NCBI GenBank assembly: GCA_028534125.1
Contig: CM052817.1
Span: 806,001 to 870,000, forward strand
DNA from: Lama glama
Taxonomy: Eukaryota
Direction of reading: 5' to 3'
Length of the DNA stretch: 64,000 nucleotides
Shown: positions 47,182 to 58,540 of the stretch, one piece after another
Position numbering within the stretch: position 1 is the first letter of the stretch
How the letters are laid out: every line of letters begins with the position of its first letter
Translations under genes and position numbers: made by a program
The notes under the pieces: generated by a model
Seen by the model: only the letters and a program-made list of their open reading frames with translations
The model's database searches: none
What the model was told of the DNA's origin: nothing

Positions 47182-50100
47182 AGGGCAAGCACTCCTGCCC
47201 TGGGAAGAGTAAACAGCTTCATCAGAGGAAGCAACAGGCCTGTCTCCCAAGAGAAAAAATGTGGCCAAACCAGACCCAGGCTGCCTGTGGGCCCCACTCT
47301 TGCTCCCACCCCAGAGTCAGGATGGCCTCTCAAGTTTGGTTGTAAAATATTGACAGTACCCCCCGCCCCCACTGGGCGGGTGTTGTTGGGGAGCACGGAG
47401 CTGGGCAGGCCTGTGGGACCGGGTAGGTGGGCACTGACGTAGCCCAGCAAGTGCTGGTGTCCAACGTGCCCATGCAGCTGGGCCACTGTGAGTCCCTTCC
47501 CAGCCCCCTCCCTGAGGGCTGACTCTCAGGGCCTGCAGGGCCCAGGGGCTGCCCCTGGGATCGCGCCTGAGAGAAAGCACAGCCGTCCAGCCAGGAGCCC
47601 ACAGCTCTGCTGCCGTGTATCCTCGGGCCCTCACCCTGTTCCCTGGGCCCCAGATGGCTCAGGACCCACTTCAAGCGGACGTGGGGCCAGTGGGGTTCGA
47701 GGGGGCACCCGCAGCTGTGGGAGGCCACTGAGGTGATGCGGAGTCCAGGAGTCCTTCCTTTGCTGGCTGCAAGAGGTTTTGACTGACTCTGACCCTTTTG
47801 CCTCTGGGAAGGCAGGAGAGAGGCAGGCCCACCCCCCTACCCAGGGTCCCCCATCCCCCCGACCAGGACAAGGACAGGCCTGGCCAGATCCTATGACTCT
47901 GGAGAAACCACATGGAGCCTGGGGTTTGCAGTGGGAAACCCGATCAAGTAATGACAGGGTTGGTGTGGGGGTGACCGTCTGAGGGAGCCATCCCACCCCG
48001 GGCCTATCAGCAGGAGAGGACCCCATGCCCTCCTCATCCCAAGGGCAGAAGATGCCAGAAGCCAGGCCCCAAGGCCTCCTGCGCCAGCACCCCCTTTGCC
48101 TTTGCCCTCCTGTGCCCCTCAGCCGCTCACTCAGCCTGGCCGCCGACCCCGCTTGGCCAGCGCATACCAGGGTCCCTCCAGGAACCTTCTAGAGCTTCTG
48201 GGACTGCTCTTCTGGAGTCAACCCCCAGGGGGTTGTCAGGCGGAAAGGGGAAGCTGAGCCCCTGCATTGTCACCTGCACCTCTCCTTGGACCAAAGTGGC
48301 CCCTCTGTTCCAGCCTGAGCTGCCTCCTGGCCCCAGGGCTCCGAGTGAGGGCCTGGGACAGCAGGGAGCTCAGGTGAGGTCAAGAGAAATCAATGGTCGC
48401 GATGTCCGGCAGCCGCCAGCCCCACTGGGACGCACCCCCGCCGCCCCGCCTGGCGCACAGGCACAGAGACCTGCATGCCCGCATGTGAGCTCAGCCCGGG
48501 GAGGCCCCCTGTCTTAGGCTCTGCTATCCAGCCACCTAGCCAGGCCTTTGGGCAGCTCCTGGGAGGCTCCAAGGAAGCAGATGACTGCAGGGGTCCCCAG
48601 AGGGTCCTGGCTGAAGCAAGCGGGCTGGTCAGCTCACACCCTACTCAGAAGCCGGATCCGCTTATGAGCCTCACTGTGACAGACTGTGTCAGCCCAACTT
48701 TCAGAAGGGGAAACGGAGGCAGTCCCCAGCGTACAGCAACTCCAGGGACCACGGGCACGGGGTGTGCAGGGCAGCCCTGCCCGGGCGGGCACCAGGGCCT
48801 CCCTCACCGCTGTGGCCGGGCAGGCAGTTTTAATTACCACTGGCTGGGCCCACTGAGCCGCGCTAATCCGGGCCGCCGCTGCGGGCGGTTCAGGCGGGTG
48901 CCCCCTCCCCCGCAGCCCGGGCACGGGGTCCCCAGGTTCTCACGTCCTGCCGGCCCCAATTAAAGCGAGCTCGGCGGGGCGGACTCTGTGCTAATGAGCT
49001 GCTCCGCAGCCGCTGGGCTTCACGCCAGGGGGGCACAGGGGCGGGGTGGGGGGTGGAGCTGGCTTGGGTGGGGTGACTTGGGACCATTTCTGAGGGGAGG
49101 CCTGAGGGACTCCCTCTCTGTGCCCACCTGCCGAGAGTGGAGCTCAGTGACCACACCCCCAACGAAGGAGAAACACCTCACCGCAGGAAGACCCCCTCCC
49201 AGCTCAAAGCCGAGAGCCTACAGGAGAGCACGCAGGAGTGGGGATGTCCAAGTGCAGGGCAGGAGCTGGGGAGGGCTGGGGTCCAGAGGGCCAGTGGCAG
49301 GGGCCCATTGCTGGTTAGTGGTGGGGTTGGTGGCCTGGCCAGGTCGTGTCTCCCTGCCTGTGCTACCTCTCACCTGGACAGCGGCCTGGGACAGAGGTGA
49401 TGGGAGGTGGTCTTGGCATCTGGCTGGGGTCTAACACCTTGTGGGGCTTAGCCACCCCCCAGCATTTCACTCAGAGGAGCGGCGTGGGGTCTGGGGGCGA
49501 GGAACCAAGGGTCCAAGGCCCTGGCACTGCAGGCTCTGCAGCTGGAGGGGGCAGGATAGCAGGGCTGAGGGGATTCAGCAATACAGGCTGGGGTGTCCAG
49601 CTCAGTCTGGGCGGGATGGCCCTGGGAGGTCCCTGGGGGAAGCTCTGTGGGTTTTGCAAACCTCTCCAATCCAGAGCTCCAGGTCCCTGGGGAGCTGCGG
49701 CTCAGAGTTGAGGCCCTCCCCATTGGTGATGGGGGGCCTGGTACAGCACGTGGTTGGGGGGTGGGAGGGTCCACGGCCAGACTGAGTGCCAGTGGGCTGT
49801 GAAGGATGGCTGGGTAGGGGTGGGGGGTGGGATGTCACCACTCTGTTTGCCCCCACCCTGGCCTGCTGTGCGACCTTAGAGGGGCTGCCTCTGTCCAGAG
49901 GCCCGGCCGGGTGTGTAGGAACCTGGAAGGGCTGGGACTGCAGGCCAGAAGCTCTTCTCCCCAGTCCCAGCCCACCAGATAGGGGACTCGGTGCTGGGGC
50001 CTCTCGATTTTGCTGGGGCCTCCAGGTCTGGCTCCGGGTGCAGCACCCAATCCCACTCCCACCCCGACCCGTTATGGACCACTGCGGCTTTGAAGTGGGG

Positions 50101-53100
50101 AACTGGGGCCTTGGCAGGTGGAGGCCCCATCTCAGCCTGCAGAGGCCCGGCAAGGAGGGACAGGCAGTGTGGGGGTTGTTGGACGCATAGTCCTTGGCTT
50201 CCCTTGCCACTCTGCTGACCCAACCTCTAAGGGTGGCCTGGAGCCCAGAGCCTGACCAGCAAGTCCTCCTGAGGGCTCTGGCCTGGTCCCTCTGTGTGAA
50301 TAAGGATGCAGGCACGGGGGGGGGGGTGCATGGGACATGGGGCGCATGCGTGAGCACGTGGCCTCTGGGCAGGCATAGGCCCCGGGCCCTGGGAGGGGTC
50401 CTGGGAATGGCCTACCACAGGCTTAGGGCTAGTGAGTACTTGTGAGGTGCAGCAGCTGACAGTGTGTGCACAGGAGGCCATGGGATGACCCAGTTTGCTG
50501 GGCAAGGGCGCCAGCCGATTGTCAGAGCCAGTTCAAGGCCATACAGAGGCCTGGACACCCAGACACATGTGCCCAAAGGCCCAGCAATGCTGGGTCACCT
50601 GGGGACAGGCAGCCCATCTCCCAGGGTGGGAAACTGAGGCTGTGGGAGGGTGCCACAGTCACTAAAGGGTTCCCATGGTCCCCTGCTTGCAGGGCCAGCC
50701 CAGGAGTCACAAGACCCAGAGTGGGGAGCCGGGCAGGCTGTAGCCGTTTCGCCTACCATCTCCTTCTCTCTCTGACCACTTCATCTGACCTGGGGCCTGG
50801 TGCCAGTCGGGTGCAGGGGAGGTTTGTGTTCTGGAGAGGAGGAAATGTCTTTGGACCCCCAAGTCTGCTCCACCCCCACCCCATGCTCCTCTGGGAAGCC
50901 CCCTCCGTATGGTCCCCACAGGGCACTGGGTTTCGGTGCTGGGGGAGGCGGGCACTCATGAGCCAGAAGCGGACGAGCCCCTGAGAGGTCCTGATGGGAA
51001 GGGAGCGGGCTTCCCGTTTCCAGCCGCTTCTCCCCTGGGGCCCTGGCCCACCGTGCCCGACTGGAGTCCGGTGCCAGCCCTTGTCCCCTGCACAGCCGGG
51101 GAGCGCCGGAGGTGCTATCTGTGACAGCAGCAGAATGAGCCCGTCGCACCCAGGGCAGGTGTCGGCGCCTGGGAAGGGGCCAATCGGAAACCCAACCCCA
51201 CCCCCACCCCCCACCCGCTGCAAACCTGGCAGGCTGTCCCCCGAGACTAGACTAGCAGGACCCTTGTCCCGGCCCCTCTCAAGTGGATCGGTCCCAGATA
51301 TAGGCAGGGACTGGGTCCAGGGGGCCTGAACCAACCCCCCACACACCGGAAGTAGGGGGATGAGGTGGGAGGCAGCGAGCGGGGAGGAGGCTCTCAGGTC
51401 TTGGTTTCCCATTTGCATGGAGGGGCCCACACTCTCAGTACTGAGTTGGGGGGGCGGTCTCAGATCCCAGCTCCTTTCCTGCTCAGATGGCCGCAAGATC
51501 TGGGTCAGGCTTGGGGCCCGGGACAGTGGGGCATGCTGGTGTGGGCTTACAGCTTTCACACCCGCCTCTCTCGGGCACCCCAGGCCCAGACTGTCCCCAG
51601 GGGGTGACCACGACGGGCCAGCTTTCACACTGCCTGCTGGGCCTCTGCCCCAGGCCTCGGTTGTATCACCCTTGCCACCCAGCCAGGCACTGCCCCTTCA
51701 CTGGCCACACGCGTTCTCTTCTCTCAGACCCCAGCCCAGCTGTGGCTGCCCTGGGAAGCCCCTGTAGGGCACCCCAACTCCAGACCCTACCCTTCCAGGC
51801 CCTCACTGCCCATGATGGGGGCTCCCAGGGAAGGCAGCCCCACCTCAGAGTCCCGCGTGTGGGCAATGTGTCTGTTCTGACCCCCCGTGACTGAGTGAGG
51901 GAGATGGGGCGGTGGCCCAGGGACAGAGTGAGGCAGGCGTGAGGAGGGACCAGGCCTGGGGGCTCACTTTCCCGGAGCCTTGTGACCTGCCTGGGTTGGG
52001 CCCGTTCTCCAGCCCCGGGTGCAGCCTCCCTGGGCGGGCAGTCCCAGGCCCCTGCCCTTCCTCTAGAGTGGCTCTCAGCTCAGTCCAGATCCACAGCCCT
52101 GCTGCTCGCTGCTGGGTCCAGCCACCTTGCCAGCTACCTGGGCAGTGTGTCAGAGTCTTCCCGGCTTCCCTGCGCCCCCAGCTGCTGAGGGGAAAGCCCT
52201 CGCTGGGGTCAGGCTGGGCCTCTCACTGCTGGTCTCGCCCCAGCTGCATCTTCTGCTTGCAGAGCCTCTCCACTGCCTCCTTTCCACTCCCAAACATCTC
52301 CCCACCTGGGGCCACACACCCACTGGGACTTTGGGGTTGCTGCCCCCTCAGGTGACCAGAGGTCTCCCCTGGGCTCCGCTGGTTCTCCCAGACCCTCCCC
52401 CCTGGGCCCAGGGCAGCCTCAACATGGCCGCTGAGTTTGAGCTGCGGGTCCACTGGCTGCTGCCAGCCGTTTCTAGGCCCAGACCGAGGCCAGAAGAAGG
52501 GAAGTGCGGGGCCCACCCGTGGCCCACGGTTCAGCTCCAGCATCCCGGGGAACCCCATCCTACTTGGGCTCTGTCCCCAGATACCAGCCTGAGTGTATCA
52601 AAACCACCTGGCTTTGGTTTTATGAAGGCATCGCTGGGTCCAGTCCAGTGGCTGGGCTGAGACTGCAACCAGGGGTGGGACCTTGGGGGCTGCGGAGGGT
52701 AGAGGTCTTGGCGGGATGGGGCTGCCTGGGACTCTACGCAGGTCACCCAAGGGACAGTGCCCATCTTTCCCCCTGCCCACGCAGCCTGGGGTCTGAGGCG
52801 GGGGCTGCTTGGCTTTGCCACAGCCAGCAGCCACGCTCTGGGACCGACACAGGGCTGATGATCGGGGTGGGGACAGCTACTGCACATCGCAGTGTCAGAT
52901 GAGAGCAAATGCCTCAAGAGGGAACAGACTGCCGGACACCCTGGTCCCGGGGCACCGTCTCACTCCCTCAGGTACTTGGGTAAGTCCATCAGCCTCAGCA
53001 CTGGGGGCTGTCCCCCGAGGGAGCTGACCTTTGGGACTTAACTGAGGCCTCTGGCCTCCAGCAGCTCCCATGCCCTGGGCAGTCAGACCCCCTGTGAGAT

Positions 53101-53779
53101 GGCCCCTCTACGGGGCAGGTCTAGCTGAGGACCCGGGATCCCCTGTGCCCTGCGCCTGGCCCTGGGCGACAGGGCTCTTTCCCTACCCTTAACCCTCCTC
53201 TTTCCATGGCTTCTGGGCCAACCTGTCCATCCCGGGTCTAGAGGACACAGTCACAGTGGGTGAGGTCGCTGCTGGAGTCCAGCCATCCTGAACCAGCTGG
53301 ACACAGCGAAGCTGACATGGACAAGATTGACAGGTGGATACTGGACAGACAGCCCAGGCCAGCCGGCTGACGCTGATGCCTCCTGACTCCCAGCCTCTGC
53401 CCGTGAATGGACTGTGTTTGTGTCTGGGGCAGGAGCAGGCGGGAGCAGCGCCTGGGGCGAGGTGGCCAGTGCTGGGTCAGCGTTGCTGGCCACCCCGAGG
53501 CAGGCAGGGGGCCCCTCCCACCCCTTTCACACCCCCGCCCCAGGCCAAGGACCCAGGCCATGCCCAGGAGGGAACACACTGCCCACCCCGGCCTGGCCAT
53601 TGTGTTTCTCCATCCAGCCACAGACGCCTCCACCAGGAAGTCCTCCGAGAAGTACGTGGCCTCAGTGCTCCAGCTTTGTCCAGTGGCCTCCAAGGTCCTC
53701 ACCCAACATCAGCCCGAATGTGAGCAGGCACAGTGTGGGGCGTGGGTCTTGATCTTGAGAGACTCCACCCCATGGGGGG

Positions 53780-54590
53780 GTTGACCCAACCCCTCACTTT
53801 CTCCCAAATGTGCTCTGTCTCTCTCACACCCACAGTTATGCTCTCAGCAAGTCCACGTGGCTCTGCCTTCAAGAAGCACCAGAATAGAGCACGTCTCACC
53901 CTCCGGACCTACCACCTGATCCAGGCCTCCTTCCCCTCCTGCTGGGACCCTGCATTCACCTCCTCACCGGCTCGGAAGCCCCCTCCTCCCAATACAACAG
54001 CTCAGAAACCTTAACCAGGTTGTATCCCACCTTAGCCAGCCTGCCAGTTCTCCTGTCTCCCCCCAGTAAAAGTCTTTCTAGTAACCCACAAACTGGCCTC
54101 CGTCCCCTCCCTGTTCCTGATGGGCCAGCGGCCCAGCCTCAGAGTCCTTGCGGCTTCTCTGCACACCAGGGTTGTGCACCTCGCGGTCGGTCGAGGCCAG
54201 GCCTTAGGCCGTTTCCTCAGTGCCCCCTTTCCCCACTCTCAGCTCAGCTGCAGTGAGGCCAGCTGGCTGCAGTGAGCTCAGCGGCCATGGGCGCTGGGAT
54301 TTGGGTATCCATTGTTCTCCCCTGGGTCTGTGTCCCCTGCTCTTGGGCGTCTGCTGCTCCCTGAGGGCTCACGGCCAGGCCTGGGGTGCGAACACTCGTC
54401 CCCCAAGCAGTCTCGGCTCTGGCCGTGAGCCCCACCCCCCCACGTCCCTGGCGTGGACCACTCCTCCCGCAAACACACGCTAGACTTTCCTCAAACACAA
54501 CTTCATTTCCATTTGTGCCATTGATTGTCTGCACAGACAAAGGCCCCTTTCAGGGACGTCAGAGGTTCAGCAAATAAATAAATGAATGAA
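53780..54590 (+). mobile_element. Degenerate LINE-2 fragment ending in aataaatgaatgaa
   Basis: cagcaagtcc..ctctgccttcaa..ctaccacctgatccaggcctcc..ctgcattcacctcctcaccggc; L2-type (tgaa)n terminus at ~54575-54590. Confidence 0.6.
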
Positions 54591-57500
54591 GTCTCAGCGG
54601 AGGAAGAGGTGGTGGGAAGGGGCTGGGGGGCAGCCAGCATCCCCCATCAGCTGCCCCGCCCTCCAAGGGAGCCCAGGCTGGGGACAGAGAATGGGCTGGG
54701 GGCTTGAGCAGCATTTGGGAAGCTTTAGGGGTATGAGGGCCAGGAATGGTGGTGTCTCACACAGAGGGCTCCCACAAAGGCTGGGGGCTGTCTCGGTCTG
54801 GATATGGTATGTTCTGTGGGGAGGACAGGATTGGAGGCCCCAGTTCTGGGTGATGTGAGTTGCAGGCCTGCATATAGTCCCCCATGTGTCCCTGCAAGCC
54901 AGGTACCACCCTTGACTGTACCTTCCTGGGGTCCCAGCTTGGACCTGGAGATGACCCTTAGCCCAGAGGAATGACTGTTCTTTTCTTGGCAGGTCTGAGC
55001 TTCATGATTTGGAGGCCTCCACAAGCTGCCTTCCAGGGTGAGAGGCCGGAGTTGTATCCCTGATCCTGGGTCCCCCCACCCCCATAAATCCAGAACTCAG
55101 GGCACATGTGGCTGGGCTGGCCAGTAGATTTATGCACAGAAAGCTGCACCAAACTCTGAGAGGGTGGCCCTGAGCACCTCGGTCCTCCTGCCTGGCCCCA
55201 CGATGCTGCTGGAGTGGGGCCCAGGAAGGGTAAGGCCTGCATCCCACAGAGGGGCTTGACTCAGCCTGTCTGAGGGAAAGCAGGCTGTGGGCGAGGCTCC
55301 TCAAGGAAGGTTGACGGCACAGTCAGTTCCCAGTCCTGGCAGACAGAACTAGAGCTGGGTGGCTGATAGACAGAGCTAGAGGGGTCCAGGAGGGCTGCCT
55401 GGAGGAGAGAGTAAAAGACAGGCCTACAGGAGAGAAGGGATGGGCCTGCTCAATTGGCTGCTGCTCCAGTCCAGGCCCGCTCCAGGCCCCAGGGCCTTGC
55501 TGACTCCTGGCCATTCTGCGGACAACAATGGCCAGCATTTAAATTCCAATTGAATCGCCTGAGTGGCCTCGGGCGTGAGAACAGGAGCCCCCACCCCCCA
55601 GCCTGAGCCCCGCCCGCCACATTCCTGCCTCCCCGGAGATGGCAATGGCCGGGAGTCGCCAGGGGGCCGGAACGCAGCGCTCAATGGCCAGGGACAAGGG
55701 GCCATTGAACGATGACGGGCGGGATTGAGCCGTCAGCGCCCTCCACTTGGGATCCCCCTCCTCTGTCCCGGCCCCCTCCCAGCGTTACCAACGTCAGCTG
55801 CTGGAGGGGACCCTGCTCACGCCCTCCTGGGCCCAGAGAAGACACGGGCCTGGGTCTCCTCGACTGACCCACTGACCATGAGGCCTTCTTCTCAGCCCCT
55901 CCCCACCACAGCCAGAGAGGCTGTGTCTTAATCAGATCATGTCACGGCCCTGCCTCGAGCCTCGGGGCTGCCCCAGGCCTCAGGGACTGAAGGCCGCTCC
56001 TCCATCCCCAGGCCAGCTGACTCCTGCCTCCTCTGGCCCGCCCTTGTCTCCACCCCATCACCCTGCCCTGTGGCACCCGGCAGGCCTTCCCTGGCCACCC
56101 GCCCCGCCACCTGCTCTCCTCCTGCCCAGCCTCCTGCCCTGTCCATCACCCCCAATGCTATCACCCCGCAGAGGTGGGACCCCACCCGTGATCTGCGTCC
56201 AGCAGCCATCCTGAACCTGGCACTCGGTGTCCATGCATGTCTGAGGAATCGAGGTGTCAGCGCAAATGAGCTGTTGGCCATATCCCCAGGACCCTGGACG
56301 GGGCACAATGCCCTCACAACAGCCCTGCCAGAGAGGAGAGTGAAGGGGGCATGCGGGCAGCCCACGTCCTGGCCTCACTGGGGCCCCGGGAGCTGAGGCC
56401 CATCCCATGCGGCAATCCAAGGCTCCCAGGGGCTTCATCCTGTCCCCTCCTTGGAGTTGGCCTCCGCTCCTGGAGCCGCCAAAGGCTAGGTGCTGGCTAA
56501 GCAGTGCCCACCAGCATTCATCTCCACCCAGACAAGGTCACCAGACGGGCCCAGTCCTCGCTGTCCTCGGGCTGGGCACAGCCCCTCCTCCCTCCAGGCC
56601 GTGCCAAGGACCTTGTCTCCGGCCAGGGTGGGAGGATGTCAGGCAGGACGCCGGTGAGCCTGAGCCCAGGAAACGAGGGTGACCAGGAGGCCCAAAGCTC
56701 TGGCTGCCGGGGGCCCCGCCTGAAGAGAGCCCAGGGACTGGAGAGTCTGGCATGGTGCCCGGGGCAGCACAGCGTCCCTATGCAGACACCTCCTTCCGCC
56801 CTGCTTGGGAAGATGAGCTCAGCAGCCTGTCTCCCGGGCATGGGGGGCTGCTGGGGGGGGGGCCAGAGAGAGTGGGGCATCCTTGGTCAGGAAGGGCAGC
56901 CTGCCAGATAGGGCTGTATCCCCCGGGGGGCACAGGGGCCCACCTCCCCCAGACAGCTGTCCAGGAACCCCAGGCAAGTAAGATGCGCCGGCTCTGGGGC
57001 TGGGCTTCCTCCAGGGAGCCCTCAGGGAGGGTGGCAGGGAGGGCTTCAGGCAGGCACCCCCTCAAGCCCTGGCCGCACTGACCATAGAGACTGCCACCTC
57101 GGGGCTCCCCAGAGCGGCCTGCCGAGCCATTCTTACCCTCAGTGGCTGATCCAGGGCCGCACAGCTGAAGACAGGACAGGAGCCCTGCCGCTGAGGCCTT
57201 GCCCCTGCAAAGTGCATCCAGAGTGAAGCCCACACCCCAGGAAGCCCCTTTGGCCTCCAGCCTCTGTCTGGCCTGCCCTGAGCCCATCGGTCAGATCGGC
57301 CCTTCCTGTGCTCCATACCCTCCCATGGCTGCCACCTTGCTGGGAAAAAGCCAGCTCCCTGGCTGCCCAGGCCTGCCCTGCCCCTCCCTTACACCACTGG
57401 GCCTCTTGGTCCTGGGGTCCCTGGCCCTGCGTCAGTCCCTCTGCCTGGCGCTCCCCTCCCTCAGCTCAGGGCGTCAGCGATCAGCCCCATGTGGCCACCT

Positions 57501-58159
57501 TCCTCACGTGATGCAGCCGGAGCCCCACCCTGCCCGCACGACTGAGGGGCTGGCCCTGCAATTGACCACAATGTGATTGTCCAGCCCTGGAGGGCAGGCC
57601 CCCAGTGCCGCAAGCAGTGCCAGGCACACAGCAGGTCCTGGGGGACAGTGCAGAATGAATGAGTGACTCCTCATTCCCAAATCCTGAGCTGAGGCTCCGA
57701 GCAAGAAGTTCCAGGGAGTGGAAGGGAGCGGGTGGCCTGGCCCATCCCTGGCGCCCTCCCTGGTCCAGAGAGCACCGAGGCCTGCAGCAGGTGCCTCTGC
57801 CCTCCTCCTGCCCCGGCAGCCCAGATGTCCGTCGGGCTTCACAGGTGTGGGGACCCCTCACCTGCTTCATTGTTGAGGGGAAGCCCAGGGCCAACCAGGG
57901 CAGCAGACTGGGCTGTGGAGCCCAACAAGCCCCTGCGGACCCCCGTCTTTACGCTTCAGCGGGCAGGCGGCAGCAGGGGTGGAGGACAGGCTGCCAGCCC
58001 TCCTCAGGAGGTCCTGGGACCCCGAGGCCCGTCCTCAGCTCGGCTGCGTCAGGGTCCTCACTGCCAGCCTCTCCCCTCCTGCCACACCCGCAAGGCCAGA
58101 CCACCCCTCAGGTCCTGTGTCCAGGCTGTGCCAGATGTCAGAGGCCCTTGCCCGGGGTG

Positions 58160-58540
58160 GAGGGTGAGTAGGAAGGGCTTTGTTGAATGGGTGGCACTGA
58201 AAGAGCCCTGAGTTGGGGGGGCGGGGAGGTGGGGGGACAGGCTTCAGGGGAAGGAATGTCCTGGCCGGGGCAGAGGTGGACTCAGAGTGTCTGAGGAGCA
58301 GCCAGTGGAGGGCGGTTGGAGAGGTTGTCTGTGAGCCCCAAGCTGAGCGGCGGTTCCGCCCGGAGCCCAGGAGCCACTCAGCAGAGCCCTGGCCGGCTGG
58401 GAAGGAGAGACTGAGGGGGCAGCACCCGAGGTAAGGGGTGAGGAGGAGTACAGATGTCCAAGGCAGGTGGCTCTGGAAAGAGACAGTAGCCAGCAGGGCT
58501 GGACCCATCCAGGAGGTCCATCCCGACCTCATGCCCAGCC
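58160..58540 (-). mobile_element. Degenerate LINE-2 fragment
   Basis: gaagggctttgttgaatgggtggcactgaaagagccctga..ggaaggaatgtcctggccgggg resembles the L2 antisense strand. Confidence 0.45.

Noticed and set aside
54537-54557. Histone stem-loop-like sequence ACAAA-GGCCCC-TTTC-AGGGAC in a window that contains SLBP
   Set aside because: Two stem pairs are broken, including the invariant U-A closing pair and the second G-C pair; no histone ORF upstream; lies within an L2 remnant, so probably chance
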